From NCBI GenBank assembly GCA_963842525.1, contig CAWJGT010000019.1, forward strand, positions 448,001 through 512,000: 64,000 nucleotides of DNA, given 5' to 3'. Below the pieces are notes generated by a model, which made no database searches, was not told the DNA's origin, and worked only from the letters and a program-made list of their open reading frames with translations. This DNA is from an uncultured Holophagales bacterium (lineage in GTDB: Bacteria; Acidobacteriota; Thermoanaerobaculia; Multivoradales; UBA5704). The translations under genes and the position numbers were made by a program. Positions 28,501-39,253 of this stretch are shown here, piece by piece; position 1 is the stretch's first letter; every line of letters begins with the position of its first letter.

Positions 28501-29161
28501 CCTGGAGTTCCTGGGGCGGGACGACGGACAGCTCAAGATCCGCGGTTTCCGGATCGAGGTCGGGGAGATCGAGGCGGCCCTCGCCCGGCATCCGGCGGTG
28601 CGGCAGGCGGCGGTGCTGGCGCTGGACGACGACCGCCGGGGCGGTCGGGACGGGCGCGAGCTGGCGGCGTACGTCGCGGTGTCCGAGCCGGTGGCCGTGG
28701 CGGCGCTGCAGCGCTTCCTGCGCGAGCGGCTGCCCGACCCCATGGTGCCGTCCTCCTGGTTCCTGATCGACGAGCTGCCGCTCACCCCGAACGGCAAGGT
28801 GGACCGCCGCGTCCTCGCCGCGGCCGGGGGGGAGGCCGCCCGCTCCGGAGTGGAATACGTGGCCCCGCGTAACCCGTTGGAAGAGCACCTGGTCGAGGTC
28901 TGCGCCGAGGTGCTGGGTCTCGACCGGACGCGGGTGGGGGTGCTCGACAACTTTTTCGATCTGGGCGGCCATTCTCTGCTGGCCACCCAGCTCGCGGCGC
29001 AGCTCCGCAAGAAGTGGGGGATCGAGGTCCCGTTGCAGCTCTTGTTCGATACCGCCAACCTGGCCGAGCTCGCGGAGCGGATCACCGAACGCGAGCTCGC
29101 GGAGGTCGACGCCGAGCTGCTGGAGGAGATGCTCGCCGAGCTCGGCAAGACGACCGGTTGA
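22578..29161 (+). CDS. NRPS gene 3: C-A(Gly)-T-C-A(Val)-T, with two +1 frameshifts (about 25935 and 26200)
   Basis: GTG start overlaps the PKS stop (GTGA). C HHIVTDW; A code about DILQIGHIW (Gly-like); T GGQS. LSFAQERLWF resumes in the +1 frame near 25942, then the frame shifts again into ORF 26246..29161, whose A code DALWLGGTF is Val-like; T GGHS. Confidence 0.88.
24484..24537. repeat. Degenerate 9-bp tandem repeat CCGATC(C/G)GA, in frame before the A3 motif of the Gly module
   Basis: ccgatcggtgcgatccgaccgatcatcggaccgatcggaccgatccgaccgacc, encoding DRCDPTDHRTDRTDPTD. Confidence 0.8.
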
Positions 29162-29175
29162 GGCGGCAGGCGGCG

Positions 29176-32100
29176 GTGGATTCTGTGATAAGCCATCTGG
29201 ATCTCAACGACCGCCTGTCGCGGCTGTCCCTGGAGGAGAAGGCGCTCCTCTTCGAACGGCTGCGCCTCAGGAAGGACGAGGAGCGACGGCATGCCCCGGA
29301 GGCGGCTCTGGAGGCGACCATCCCGCGGCGCTTCCTCTCGGCCGGTACCGCCCCCTCGCCGCCGCTCTCCTTTGCCCAGCAGCGGCTCTGGTTCCTCGAC
29401 CGGCTGGCGCCGGACGATCCGAGCTACAACGTCCCGCTTGCCGCCCGGATCGAAGGGCCGCTCGACATCGGCGCTCTGCGCCGGTCTCTCGACGCGATCG
29501 TCGCCCGCCACGAATCGCTGCGCACCACCTTCGGCGTGGTCGACGGCAGTCCGGTCCAGGTCATCGCTCCCACGCTGTCGTTCCGGCTCCCTGTCATCGA
29601 TCTCGAAGGGCTCGCGGCCGCCGAGACTCACCGCCTCGGTGACGAGCTCATCGCCCGCCCCTTCGACCTCGCCGCCGGCCCGCTGCTGCGGGGCGCGCTG
29701 ATACGGTTGGGACGCGAGCGGCACGTGCTGGTCCTGATCCTCCATCACATCGTCAGCGACGGCTGGTCCCTGGGGATCCTGGTCCGTGAGCTGACGACTC
29801 TCTATCAGGAGGCCCTCCGCGGGTCCGGGGGGGACCTCGCGGCGGCTCTCCCCGAGCTGCCGATCCAGTACGCCGATTTCGCCGTCTGGCAGCGCCAGTG
29901 GCTGAGCGGCGAGCGTCTGGAGGCCCAGCTCGCCGTCTGGAAACGACGGCTGGAAGGCATGCCGCAGGTTCTGCCCCTTCCGACCGACCACCCCCGGCCG
30001 CCGGTGAAGACCTCGTCCGGCGCGACCCGCTGGCTGTCTTCCACCCCGGGTCTCGGCACGCGCCTGCAGGCCGCCGCACGCGAGGAGGGGGTCACCCCCT
30101 TCATGCTCCTGCTCGCGGTCTGGCAGACCCTGCTCCACCGTTACACCGGACAGGAGGACCTCCCGGTCGGCTCCGCGGTGGCCAACCGCAACCGGATCGA
30201 GCTGCAGGGCCTGATCGGCCTTTTCGTCAACACCCTCGTGCTGCGCGGCGATCTCTCCGGCGATCCGCCGTTCCGCGCGCTGTTGGGCCGCCTGCGCGCG
30301 GTGGCCCTGGAGGCGTTCGCGCACCAGGACCTGCCCTTCGAGAAGCTGGTGGAGGAGCTGCGGCCCGAGCGCGATCCGAGCCGCTCTCCGATCTTCCAGG
30401 TCTCGCTCTGCTTGCAGAACACGCCGCCGTCGGGCGCCGACTTCGGGCCGGACGTCCGGCTCGAGGTCGTGGACTACGACCCGGGCCTGGTGAAGTTCGA
30501 TCTGGAGGCGTCGTTCGAGCCCGGTTTGCAGGGCGAGCTGCACGGCGCGCTCACCTACGCCCGGGACCTGTTCGACACCGTAACTGCGGACCGCATGGCG
30601 CGCCACCTGGAGACGCTCCTTGCCGCGGCGCTGGAGGACCGCTCCCGCCGGCTCTCCGAGATGCCGCTCCTCACCACCGAGGAACGGCGGCAGCTCACGG
30701 CGTGGAACCGGACCGGGGCCCGCTGGCCGCACCGCGCCGGGCCGGCGGAGCGGGTCGGGGAGCACGCGGCGGCCCGGCCCGAGGCTGCCGCGGTGGTGGC
30801 GGCCGGGCGTGTCCTCACCTACGGCGAGCTCGACCGCAAGGCGAACCGGCTGGCGCACCTGCTGCGGCGCCTCGGGGCAGGTCCGGAGGTCGCGGTGGGC
30901 GTCCTGCTGCCGCGCTCGCCCGAGCTGGTCGTGGCGGCCCTGGCGGTGGCGCGGGCCGGCGCCGTCTACCTGCCGATCGATCTCGCCTACCCGGAGGAGA
31001 GGATCGCCGGCACCCTCGAGGATGCCCGGGCTCCGGTGGTGCTGACCCTGGAGGAGCTGGCGGAGCGGCACCCGGCGCTCGGTTCCGGCCGGACGGTGCT
31101 GTGCCTGGGTGATTGGATCGAGGAGGAAATGTCGACGGAGTCACCGCAGCCGCTGGGGCATGCGGAGAACCTGGCCTATGTCATCTACACCTCGGGCTCG
31201 ACCGGCCGCCCCAAGGGAGTGGGGGTGCCGCGGTCCGCGCTGGCAAACCTGATCGCCTGGCACCACCGCGATCTGCCGGTCCATCCCGGGGAGCGCTCCA
31301 CCCTCGCCGCCGGTCCGGCCTTCGACGGGGCGATCTGGGAGCTCTGGGCCTTCCTGGCCGCGGGAGCCGAGATCCACGTGCCGGAGGAGGAAGTCCGCCT
31401 TTCACCGCCGCGGCTGGCCGAGTGGCTCGCCCGCCAGCGGATCGCGCACTCGTTCCTGCCGACGCCGCTCGGCGAGGCCTTTCTCGCCGAGCCCGCGGCG
31501 GCCGCGGTCCCGCTACGGCTTCTCTACACGGGCGGCGACCGGCTGCACCGGATCGCGCGTCGCGACCTCGGCTTCTCGGTCGTCAACCTGTACGGCCCCA
31601 GCGAGACCGCGGTGGTGGCCACCTTCGAGGCAGCTTCCGAGCGGGAGCGGCCGGACCGCGACCCCTCCATCGGAATTCCCATCGCCAACGCGCGGGCCTA
31701 CGTGCTCGACTCCCGGCTCCAGCCGCTGCCCGTGGGGGTGCCTGGAGAGCTTTGGGTGGGCGGCGAGACCCTGGCGCGCGGGTACCTCCACCGGCCGGAC
31801 CTCACCGCGGCCGGCTATCGGCCCGACCCGTTCTCCGGTAGAGCGGGGGCGCGCATGTACCGCACCGGCGACCTGGCCCGCCGGCGGCCGGACGGCAAGC
31901 TGGAGGTCCTGGGCCGGATCGACACCCAGGTCAAGGTGCGCGGGCTGCGCATCGAGTTGGGAGAGATCGAGGCCGTGCTGTACGGCCATCCGGCGGTGAG
32001 CCGGGCGGTGGTCATGGTGCGGCAGGCGCCGGGGGGGCCGCGCCTCGTCGCCTATATGATCGCCGCCGCGGTGGTTACCCCCTCACCCTTATCCTCCCCC

Positions 32101-32628
32101 TCCCCCTCGCCCTCGCCCTCAGACATCGAGCTGCGGGCCTGGCTGCGGCGGCGGCTCCCCGAGCCCATGGTCCCCGCCGCGTTCGTCCGCCTCGCCGGGC
32201 TGCCGTTGACCCCGGCGGGCAAGGTGGACCGGTACGCCCTGGCCCGCCTCGCGCCGCCGCCCGCCCCGGAGCGGGAGCTGGCCGAGCCGCGCAGCGAGAC
32301 CGAGCGGCGGCTCGCCGCGGTCTGGGCCGAGGTGCTCGGCTGCGACCGGGTCGGGGTGGGCGAGAGCTTCTTCGACCTCGGCGGGCATTCGCTGCTGCTG
32401 ACCCGGCTGCAGGCGCGGCTCGCCGAGCAGCTCGGGCGCGAGGTGCCCCTACTCAAGCTCGTCGAGCACCCGACGGTCCGCGCTCTCGCCGCCTGGCTGG
32501 AGCGGGATGCTCCGGCAGCGGCGGACGGGGCGCCGGAGCCCGGCGAGGCGAGCCGCGACCGCGCCCGCCGGCAGCGTGAGGCCTTGGCGGCGCAGCGCCA
32601 GCGCCTCGCCCAGAGGGGAGCGCGATGA
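29176..32628 (+). CDS. NRPS gene 4: single module C-A(hydrophobic, Leu-like?)-T
   Basis: In-frame GTG at 29176 (or 29185) after the gene 3 stop. C HHIVSDG; A code about DGWFYGLVV; T GGHS; basic C-terminal tail RDRARRQRE. Confidence 0.88.
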   Translation: MDSVISHLDLNDRLSRLSLEEKALLFERLRLRKDEERRHAPEAALEATIPRRFLSAGTAPSPPLSFAQQRLWFLDRLAPDDPSYNVPLAARIEGPLDIGALRRSLDAIVARHESLRTTFGVVDGSPVQVIAPTLSFRLPVIDLEGLAAAETHRLGDELIARPFDLAAGPLLRGALIRLGRERHVLVLILHHIVSDGWSLGILVRELTTLYQEALRGSGGDLAAALPELPIQYADFAVWQRQWLSGERLEAQLAVWKRRLEGMPQVLPLPTDHPRPPVKTSSGATRWLSSTPGLGTRLQAAAREEGVTPFMLLLAVWQTLLHRYTGQEDLPVGSAVANRNRIELQGLIGLFVNTLVLRGDLSGDPPFRALLGRLRAVALEAFAHQDLPFEKLVEELRPERDPSRSPIFQVSLCLQNTPPSGADFGPDVRLEVVDYDPGLVKFDLEASFEPGLQGELHGALTYARDLFDTVTADRMARHLETLLAAALEDRSRRLSEMPLLTTEERRQLTAWNRTGARWPHRAGPAERVGEHAAARPEAAAVVAAGRVLTYGELDRKANRLAHLLRRLGAGPEVAVGVLLPRSPELVVAALAVARAGAVYLPIDLAYPEERIAGTLEDARAPVVLTLEELAERHPALGSGRTVLCLGDWIEEEMSTESPQPLGHAENLAYVIYTSGSTGRPKGVGVPRSALANLIAWHHRDLPVHPGERSTLAAGPAFDGAIWELWAFLAAGAEIHVPEEEVRLSPPRLAEWLARQRIAHSFLPTPLGEAFLAEPAAAAVPLRLLYTGGDRLHRIARRDLGFSVVNLYGPSETAVVATFEAASERERPDRDPSIGIPIANARAYVLDSRLQPLPVGVPGELWVGGETLARGYLHRPDLTAAGYRPDPFSGRAGARMYRTGDLARRRPDGKLEVLGRIDTQVKVRGLRIELGEIEAVLYGHPAVSRAVVMVRQAPGGPRLVAYMIAAAVVTPSPLSSPSPSPSPSDIELRAWLRRRLPEPMVPAAFVRLAGLPLTPAGKVDRYALARLAPPPAPERELAEPRSETERRLAAVWAEVLGCDRVGVGESFFDLGGHSLLLTRLQARLAEQLGREVPLLKLVEHPTVRALAAWLERDAPAAADGAPEPGEASRDRARRQREALAAQRQRLAQRGAR

Positions 32629-35600
32629 GCGGCCCCGACCGCCGTCTGGCCGGCCTTTCGGCCGAGGCGCGGGCGCAGCTCTTCGAGCGACTGCGCGCGA
32701 AGAAGTCCCAGGAGGCGGACCGCGAGCCGAAGACCCCGAGGATCGTGCCGCGCGACCGGGCGCTCGATCCGCCGCCCCTGTCCTTCGCCCAGCAGCGGCT
32801 CTGGTTCCTCGACCGGCTGCGGCCCGGCGACCCGGTCTACAACATCCCCTCGGCGCTCCGGGTCACCGGCCCGCTCGACCCCGCGGCCCTGCGCCGCGCC
32901 CTGGCGGCGGTGGTGGCGCGGCACGAGTCGCTGCGCACCACCTTCGGCCTGGCCGGGGCCGTTCCCGTGCAGGTGATCGCGCCGGCTGCGGAGGCGCGGC
33001 TGTTGCTCGCCGACCTCACCGGTCTCGCGCCTGCGGATTGCCAGATCGAGGGCGAGATTGAGCGCCTCTGCAGCGAGGAGGCCCGCCGGCCCTTCGACCT
33101 CGCGGCAGGGCCGCTGCTGCGGGTCATGCTCTTGCGGCTCTCCGCGGAGCGGCACGTCCTGCTCTTCACCCAGCACCACATCGTCAGCGACGGTTGGTCG
33201 AGCGGCGTGCTGAGCCGCGAGGTGATGGCGCTCTACAGCGGGGCGGCGCTGCCGGAGCTGCCGGTCCAGTACGCCGACTTCGCGGTCTGGCAGCGGCAAT
33301 GGCTCACGGGTGAGACCCTGGAGCGCCAGGTCGACCTCTGGCGCCGGCGGCTGACGGGCGCGCCGGCCGTGCTCGACCTTCCTACGGACCGGCCGCGCCC
33401 GGCGTTGCGGACCACGCGGGGCAGCTACTGCAAGCTGCGGCTCCCGACGGAGGCAACGGCCCGGCTCAAGGCGTGCGCCCGCGGGCTGTCGGCCACGCCC
33501 TTCACCGTCCTCCTCGCGGCCTGGCAGGCGCTGCTCCACCGCGTCACCGGCCAGGAGGACCTCTGCGTGGCCGCGCCGGTCGCCAACCGCGACCGGCGCG
33601 AGACTGCCGGCCTGATCGGGTTCTTCGTCAACACCCTGGTGCTGCGCGGCGACCTGTCGGGCGATCCGGGGTTCCGCGAGCTGGTGGCCCGGCTGCGCGA
33701 GGTGACTCTGGAGGCGTTCTTGCACCAGGACCTGCCGTTCGAGAAGCTGGTCGAGGAGCTGCGGCCGGAGCGCAATCCGGGCGTGCCGCCGCTGGCCCAG
33801 GTCTCCCTCAACCTGCTGAACACGCCGCGGGCGCAGGTGGCCGCGGGACCCCTGCAGCTCGACCCGATGCCGACCACGACCGGCACGGCCAAGTACGACC
33901 TGACGCTCACGCTGGACGAATTCGAGGAGGAGGTCTACGGCTGGCTCTTCTACAGCGCCGACCTGTTCGATGCGCCGACGGCGGCCCGGCTGGCGTCCTC
34001 TTTCGAGATGCTGGTCGCTGCCGCGGAGCCCGGGAGGCGCCTCTCCGAGCTGCCCCTCCTCTCGGCGGCGGAGCACGCTCAGATCGAGCGCGAGTGGAAC
34101 GACACACGCGATCCGGCAACGCTGCTGCCGTTCCACCAGGTCTTCGCGCAGCAGGCGCAGCGCACGCCGGACGCCGTGGCGGTCGAATCGCGGGAGCAGT
34201 CCTGGACCTACCGCGAGCTGGATGCTCTGGCAGACCGCCTCGCCGGGCACCTCCAGGGTCTGGGCGCAGGCCCCGACGTCATTGTGGCGATCCAGGCCGA
34301 CCGCTCTCTCCTTTTGGTCCTTGCTGTCCTTGCTGTCCTCAAAGCCGGCGGCGCCTACCTCCCGCTCGATCCCGCCTACCCGCGCGAGCGCCGCTCCTGG
34401 ATGCTGGAGGACGCCCGGGCGGCGGTGCTGCTGTGCGAAGGGCCTTGCGACCTGCCGTTCGCCGGCCCCGTGGTCCGGCTGGGGGAAGGCCCTGGGAGCG
34501 CCGGCGTCCCGCCGGCTCTTCACGAGGCTATGGTGCCCGGCGCAGCTCCGGGCCGGCGGGACGCCGGCGCTCCCAGGATTCCCTCGCTGGACAGCCTGGC
34601 CTATGTGATCTACACCTCGGGCTCGACGGGGGCGCCCAAGGGAGTCCTGGTGCCCCACCGGGGCCTCGCGAACCTGGCGGCGCGGATCGGCGTCTTCGGG
34701 CCCGCCGGCCCAGGCAGCCGCATCCTCCTCTTCGCGTCGCCGGGCTTCGACGCCTCGCTGCTCGACCTGGTGCTGGCCCTGGGGACCGGGGCGATGCTCT
34801 GTCTCGCTCCGGCTCGCGAGCTGCCGCGGCTCGGCCACCTCCTCTACGAGCGCGACATCACGCACCTGCACCTGCCCCCCTCGGCCCTGGCCGCCCTCGT
34901 CGAGGGCCCGCTGCCGTCGCGGCTCCGCTGCCTGATCCTCGGCGGCGAGCCGCCTCCCGAGGGCACGGCCGACCGCTGGGGAACGGGGCGCCGGCTCTTC
35001 AACGACTACGGGCCTACCGAGGCGACCGTCTTCGTCACGGTCGACGAGCTGCGGCAGGGGCGCCTCACCACCGGGCGGCCGATCGGCAATGTCGAGGTCC
35101 ACGTCCTGGACCGCCGGCTGCGGCCGGTGCCGGTGGGCGTGCCGGGAGAGGTCTGCCTCGGCGGCGACGGGGTCGCCCGCGGCTACCTGGGGAACCCGGC
35201 GGCGACGGCAGAGCGCTTCGTGCCCCACCATTCCGGTGCGCGGCTCTACCGCACGGGCGACCTCGGCCGCTGGCTGCCGGACGGCTCGCTCGTTGTCCTC
35301 GGCCGGATCGACGGCCAGGTCAAGGTGCGCGGTTTCCGGGTCGAGCCGGAGGAGGTCGAAGCGGCCCTGCGGCGCCATCCCGCGGTGCAGGAGGCGGCTG
35401 TCGTCGTCCGCGAAGGCAGCCTCGTTGCTTTCGTCGTCACGCCGGAGGCACCCGAGGGGCTGCGCGGCTGGCTGCGGGAGATGCTGCCGGCCCACATGGT
35501 GCCGGCGTCGGTGGAGATCCTGGACCGCCTGCCGCTCAACCCGCACGGCAAGGTGGACCGCCGGGCTCTCGCCGGGCGCCCGCTCGCCCGGGCCGAGGCC

Positions 35601-35963
35601 TCCGTCGCTCCTCGCAGCGAGCTGGAGGCCACGCTGGCCTCGCTGTGGGCCGAGGTGCTGGGCCTGCCACGGGTGGGCGTCGAGGAGAGCTTCTTCGACC
35701 TCGGCGGCCACTCCCTGCTGCTCGCCCGCCTCCAGACGCGCCTCGCCGAGCGGCTCGCCCGCGAGGTCCCCCTGCTCGTGCTCTTCGAGCACACGACCGT
35801 CGGTGCCCTGGCCGCCTGGTTGGAGGCGCAGGGCTCACCAGCGACAACAGCCGCACCAGCGGGGGAGGGCCGCGACCGCGCACGGCGGCAGCGTGAGTCG
35901 CTCGCGGCGCAGCGGCAGCGCCTTGCCCGCCGAGGAGAAACGGGAGGACGATGGACGACCTGA
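32625..35963 (+). CDS. NRPS gene 5: single module C-A(unknown substrate)-T
   Basis: ATGA overlap with gene 4. C HHIVSDG; A motifs YTSGSTG and NDYGPTE with an atypical code of about DALHIGDVF; T GGHS. Confidence 0.92.
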   Translation: MSGPDRRLAGLSAEARAQLFERLRAKKSQEADREPKTPRIVPRDRALDPPPLSFAQQRLWFLDRLRPGDPVYNIPSALRVTGPLDPAALRRALAAVVARHESLRTTFGLAGAVPVQVIAPAAEARLLLADLTGLAPADCQIEGEIERLCSEEARRPFDLAAGPLLRVMLLRLSAERHVLLFTQHHIVSDGWSSGVLSREVMALYSGAALPELPVQYADFAVWQRQWLTGETLERQVDLWRRRLTGAPAVLDLPTDRPRPALRTTRGSYCKLRLPTEATARLKACARGLSATPFTVLLAAWQALLHRVTGQEDLCVAAPVANRDRRETAGLIGFFVNTLVLRGDLSGDPGFRELVARLREVTLEAFLHQDLPFEKLVEELRPERNPGVPPLAQVSLNLLNTPRAQVAAGPLQLDPMPTTTGTAKYDLTLTLDEFEEEVYGWLFYSADLFDAPTAARLASSFEMLVAAAEPGRRLSELPLLSAAEHAQIEREWNDTRDPATLLPFHQVFAQQAQRTPDAVAVESREQSWTYRELDALADRLAGHLQGLGAGPDVIVAIQADRSLLLVLAVLAVLKAGGAYLPLDPAYPRERRSWMLEDARAAVLLCEGPCDLPFAGPVVRLGEGPGSAGVPPALHEAMVPGAAPGRRDAGAPRIPSLDSLAYVIYTSGSTGAPKGVLVPHRGLANLAARIGVFGPAGPGSRILLFASPGFDASLLDLVLALGTGAMLCLAPARELPRLGHLLYERDITHLHLPPSALAALVEGPLPSRLRCLILGGEPPPEGTADRWGTGRRLFNDYGPTEATVFVTVDELRQGRLTTGRPIGNVEVHVLDRRLRPVPVGVPGEVCLGGDGVARGYLGNPAATAERFVPHHSGARLYRTGDLGRWLPDGSLVVLGRIDGQVKVRGFRVEPEEVEAALRRHPAVQEAAVVVREGSLVAFVVTPEAPEGLRGWLREMLPAHMVPASVEILDRLPLNPHGKVDRRALAGRPLARAEASVAPRSELEATLASLWAEVLGLPRVGVEESFFDLGGHSLLLARLQTRLAERLAREVPLLVLFEHTTVGALAAWLEAQGSPATTAAPAGEGRDRARRQRESLAAQRQRLARRGETGGRWTT
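34491..34577. repeat. Family-2 REP-doublet-like element with perfect 26-bp inverted arms, in frame (87 bp)
   Basis: CCTGGGAGCGCCGGCGTCCCGCCGGC (34491-34516) and GCCGGCGGGACGCCGGCGCTCCCAGG (34552-34577). Confidence 0.9.
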
Positions 35964-38900
35964 ACCGCCGCTTGGCTGGCCTTTCCCGGGAGAAGCGGGC
36001 GCTCCTCTTCGAGCGCCTGCGCGAGCAGAAGGTGGGCGCCGCGGAGCCCATGCCGAAAATCGCGCCGCGCGACCGGGCGCTCGATCCGCCGCCCCTGTCC
36101 TTCGCCCAGCAGCGGCTCTGGTTCCTGGACCGGCTGCGGCCCGGGGATCCGGTCTACAACCTCCCCTCGCCCTTCCTCGTCGTCGGGCCGCTGGACGTAC
36201 GCGCGCTGGAGCGCGCGCTGGCGGCGCTCGTCGCGCGCCACGAGTCGCTCCGCACCACCTTCGGCGCGGCAGGGTCCGTCTCCCAACAGCCGGTCCAGGT
36301 GGTCGCGCCGGCCGTTGCAGCCCGGCAGAGCCCCCCTCTGCCGATCGTCGACCTTTCCGGCCTCGACGAGGAGGTCCGCGAGCGCGAAGCCGCCCGGCTC
36401 ACCCGCGAGGAGGCGCGCCGTTCCTTCGACCTCGCCGCCGGGCCGCTGCTGCGCGCCGCGCTGCTCCGCCTGGCTCCAGGCCAGTCTCCCGACCGGCACG
36501 TCCTCCTCCTCACCCTGCACCACATCGTTGCCGACGGCTGGTCCGTCAGCGTGCTGATCCGCGAGCTGACCGCCCTCTATGCCGGCGTGGCCCTGCCGGA
36601 GCCGGCCCTCCAGTATCCGGACTTCGCCGTCTGGCAGCGGCGGTGGCTCGCCGGCGAGCTTCTCGACCGCCAGGTGGACGTCTGGCGCCGGCGGCTGGAG
36701 GGTGCGCCGGCAGTCCTCGATCTGCCGGCCGACCGGCCGCGGCCGGCGCTGCGCACCAGCCAGGGCGGGGCCTGCGCGCTGCGGCTCGGACCGGAGACGG
36801 CGGCCCGGCTCAAGACCCTCGCCCGCGCCCTCGCGGTCACGCCGTTCACCGCCCTGCTGGCGGTCTGGCAGACGCTCCTCCACCGCTGGTCCGGGCAGGA
36901 CGACCTCTGCGTCGGCGCGCCGGTGGCCAACCGCGACCGCGCCGAGACCGCCGAGCTGATCGGGTTTTTCGTCAATACCCTGGTGCTGCGCGGCGACCTG
37001 TCCGGCGATCCCACGTTCGAGGAGCTGGTGGGCCGGCTGCGGCCGGTCGCGCTGGAAGCCTTCGCGCACCAGGACCTCCCCTTCGAGAAGCTGGTCGAGG
37101 AGCTGCGGCCGGAAAGGAACCCGGGCGTGCCGCCGCTCTACCAGGTGTCCCTGAACCTCCTCAACGTGAGCACCGCGCGGCCCTCGGCGCGGACCGGCGG
37201 CCTCTGGCTGGAGTCGCTCCCGGCGGACAACGGCACCGCCAAGGTCGACCTGGCGCTCTCGTTCGAAGAGGCCGGCGACCGCTTCCTCGGTACGCTCCTC
37301 TACAGCGCAGACCTCTTCGACGCGCCATCGGCGGCGCGGCTGGCCGCCGGCTTCGCGGCGCTTGCTGGAGCGGCCACGTCGACACCGCAGAGGCGCCTCT
37401 CCGAGCTGCCCCTCCTGTCCGATGTGGAGACAGCTCAGGTCGTACGCGAGTGGAACGACACCCGGGAGGCCGGAGCAGAGGCAGCTTTGGTGCCCGAGCG
37501 GTTCCTGCGCGGGGCGGCGCTCCATCCGGAGCGGCCGGCCGTGGCGTGCGGCGACCGGAGACTCACCTATGGCGAGCTCGCCGATCGGGCCGGGGAGCTG
37601 GCGGGGCGGCTGCGCCAGCTCGGGGTCGGGCCGGAGGTGCGCGTCGCTCTCCAGGCCGAGCGTTCGGTCGAGACCGTGGTGGGGCTGCTCGCGGTGCTCC
37701 TGGCCGGCGGCGCCTATGTGCCGCTCGATCCAGCCCTGCCGACGGCCCGGCGTGCCGCGCTGATCGCGCAGTCGGGCGCGCTCCACCTCGATGACCTGCC
37801 TGTCGACATCTCTCCGGCGGACGGGCCGCTTCCGGCCGTGCTGCCGGAGCAGGCGGCGTACGTGATCTTCACCTCGGGCTCGACCGGCGATCCCAAGGGC
37901 GTGGTGGTGGAGCATCGCCAGCTCCGCCACTACGTGGACGCGGTCGGCCGCCGGCTGGACCTCCCGGACGGCGCCTCCTACGGTCTGATCTCGACCCTGG
38001 CGGCCGACCTCGGCCATACCGCGCTCTTCCCGGCGCTCTGCGGCGGCGGCTGCCTCGTCGTGGTGCCGCCGGAGCGGGCCCTCGATCCGGAGGCCTTCGC
38101 CGAGCTGGTCGCGGCGCAGCCGATCGATTGCCTGAAGATCGTCCCCTCCCATCTCGCGGCCCTGCTCTGCTCCATGCAGCCGGCGCGCGCGCTGCCCCGC
38201 GAGCTGCTCGTCCTCGGAGGCGAGGCTGCCTCTCCGGAGCTGATCGAGCGCGTCGCCGCACTGGCGCCGGGGCTGCGGGTCCTCAACCACTACGGACCCA
38301 CCGAGTCCACGGTGGGCGCCATCACCTCGCCTCTCTCGCCGACGTCGCCGATAGTCCTCGGCCACCCGCTGGCCAACGTCGAGGCCCATGTCCTCGACCG
38401 GCGGCTCCAGGTGGTCCCGCCGGCCGTCCCCGGCGAGCTCTGCCTGGCCGGCGATGGGGTGGCGCGCGGCTATCTCGGCCGGCCGGACCTGACGGCCGAG
38501 CGCTTCGTCCCCCATCCGTTCGCTGCCGGAGCGCGCCTGTACCGGACGGGCGACCTCGTGCGCTGGCGGCCGGACGGCGCCCTCGAATTCCTCGGCCGCG
38601 TCGACCGCCAGGTCAAGATCCGCGGCTTCCGCGTCGAGCCCGGCGAGGTCGAGGCGATCCTGGCCGGCCATCCGGAAGTGAGAGAATGCGCGGTCCTGGC
38701 GCTACCGGGCACGGGCGGCGCGACCCTGGCCGCCTACGTGGCAGGGGAGGCCGATCCGGAGCAGCTCCACGCCTGGCTCGCCGGGCGCCTGCATGACTGG
38801 ATGGTCCCCTCCGCCTGGACGGCCATCCCGGCCCTGCCGCTCACCACCAACGGCAAGGTGGACCGCCAGGCCCTGGCCCGGCTGGACATTGCGGCAGCCA

Positions 38901-39253
38901 GGGCCAGGGGAGCGGACGATGCGGCCCCGCGCACCTTGACAGAGGAGGCGCTGGCGGAGATCTGGTGCGAGGTGCTCGGCCTCGAACGGGTGGGCACCAA
39001 CGACAGCTTCTTCGACCTGGGAGGGCATTCCCTCCTGCTGCCGCGGGTGCAGCTCGCCGTACGTGAGAGGCTCGGCTGCGACCTTCCGTTGCTCCAGATA
39101 TTCGAGCACCCCACGGTGGGGGCGCTCGCCGCCTGGCTCGGAGGCGCGGCCGAGGCGGACCTGCCGGCGCAGGGAAGCCGCGAGCGGGTGCAGCGCCAGC
39201 GCCAGGGTCTGGAGCTGCAGCGGCAACGGTTGGCTCAGAGGAGATCGGCATGA
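35951..39253 (+). CDS. NRPS gene 6: single module C-A(Asp)-T
   Basis: GGAGG RBS before ATG 35951. C HHIVADG; A segments AADLGHT / LKIVPSH / [11 protein letters not shown] give DLTKVGHVG (Asp type); T GGHS. Confidence 0.92.
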   Translation: MDDLNRRLAGLSREKRALLFERLREQKVGAAEPMPKIAPRDRALDPPPLSFAQQRLWFLDRLRPGDPVYNLPSPFLVVGPLDVRALERALAALVARHESLRTTFGAAGSVSQQPVQVVAPAVAARQSPPLPIVDLSGLDEEVREREAARLTREEARRSFDLAAGPLLRAALLRLAPGQSPDRHVLLLTLHHIVADGWSVSVLIRELTALYAGVALPEPALQYPDFAVWQRRWLAGELLDRQVDVWRRRLEGAPAVLDLPADRPRPALRTSQGGACALRLGPETAARLKTLARALAVTPFTALLAVWQTLLHRWSGQDDLCVGAPVANRDRAETAELIGFFVNTLVLRGDLSGDPTFEELVGRLRPVALEAFAHQDLPFEKLVEELRPERNPGVPPLYQVSLNLLNVSTARPSARTGGLWLESLPADNGTAKVDLALSFEEAGDRFLGTLLYSADLFDAPSAARLAAGFAALAGAATSTPQRRLSELPLLSDVETAQVVREWNDTREAGAEAALVPERFLRGAALHPERPAVACGDRRLTYGELADRAGELAGRLRQLGVGPEVRVALQAERSVETVVGLLAVLLAGGAYVPLDPALPTARRAALIAQSGALHLDDLPVDISPADGPLPAVLPEQAAYVIFTSGSTGDPKGVVVEHRQLRHYVDAVGRRLDLPDGASYGLISTLAADLGHTALFPALCGGGCLVVVPPERALDPEAFAELVAAQPIDCLKIVPSHLAALLCSMQPARALPRELLVLGGEAASPELIERVAALAPGLRVLNHYGPTESTVGAITSPLSPTSPIVLGHPLANVEAHVLDRRLQVVPPAVPGELCLAGDGVARGYLGRPDLTAERFVPHPFAAGARLYRTGDLVRWRPDGALEFLGRVDRQVKIRGFRVEPGEVEAILAGHPEVRECAVLALPGTGGATLAAYVAGEADPEQLHAWLAGRLHDWMVPSAWTAIPALPLTTNGKVDRQALARLDIAAARARGADDAAPRTLTEEALAEIWCEVLGLERVGTNDSFFDLGGHSLLLPRVQLAVRERLGCDLPLLQIFEHPTVGALAAWLGGAAEADLPAQGSRERVQRQRQGLELQRQRLAQRRSA

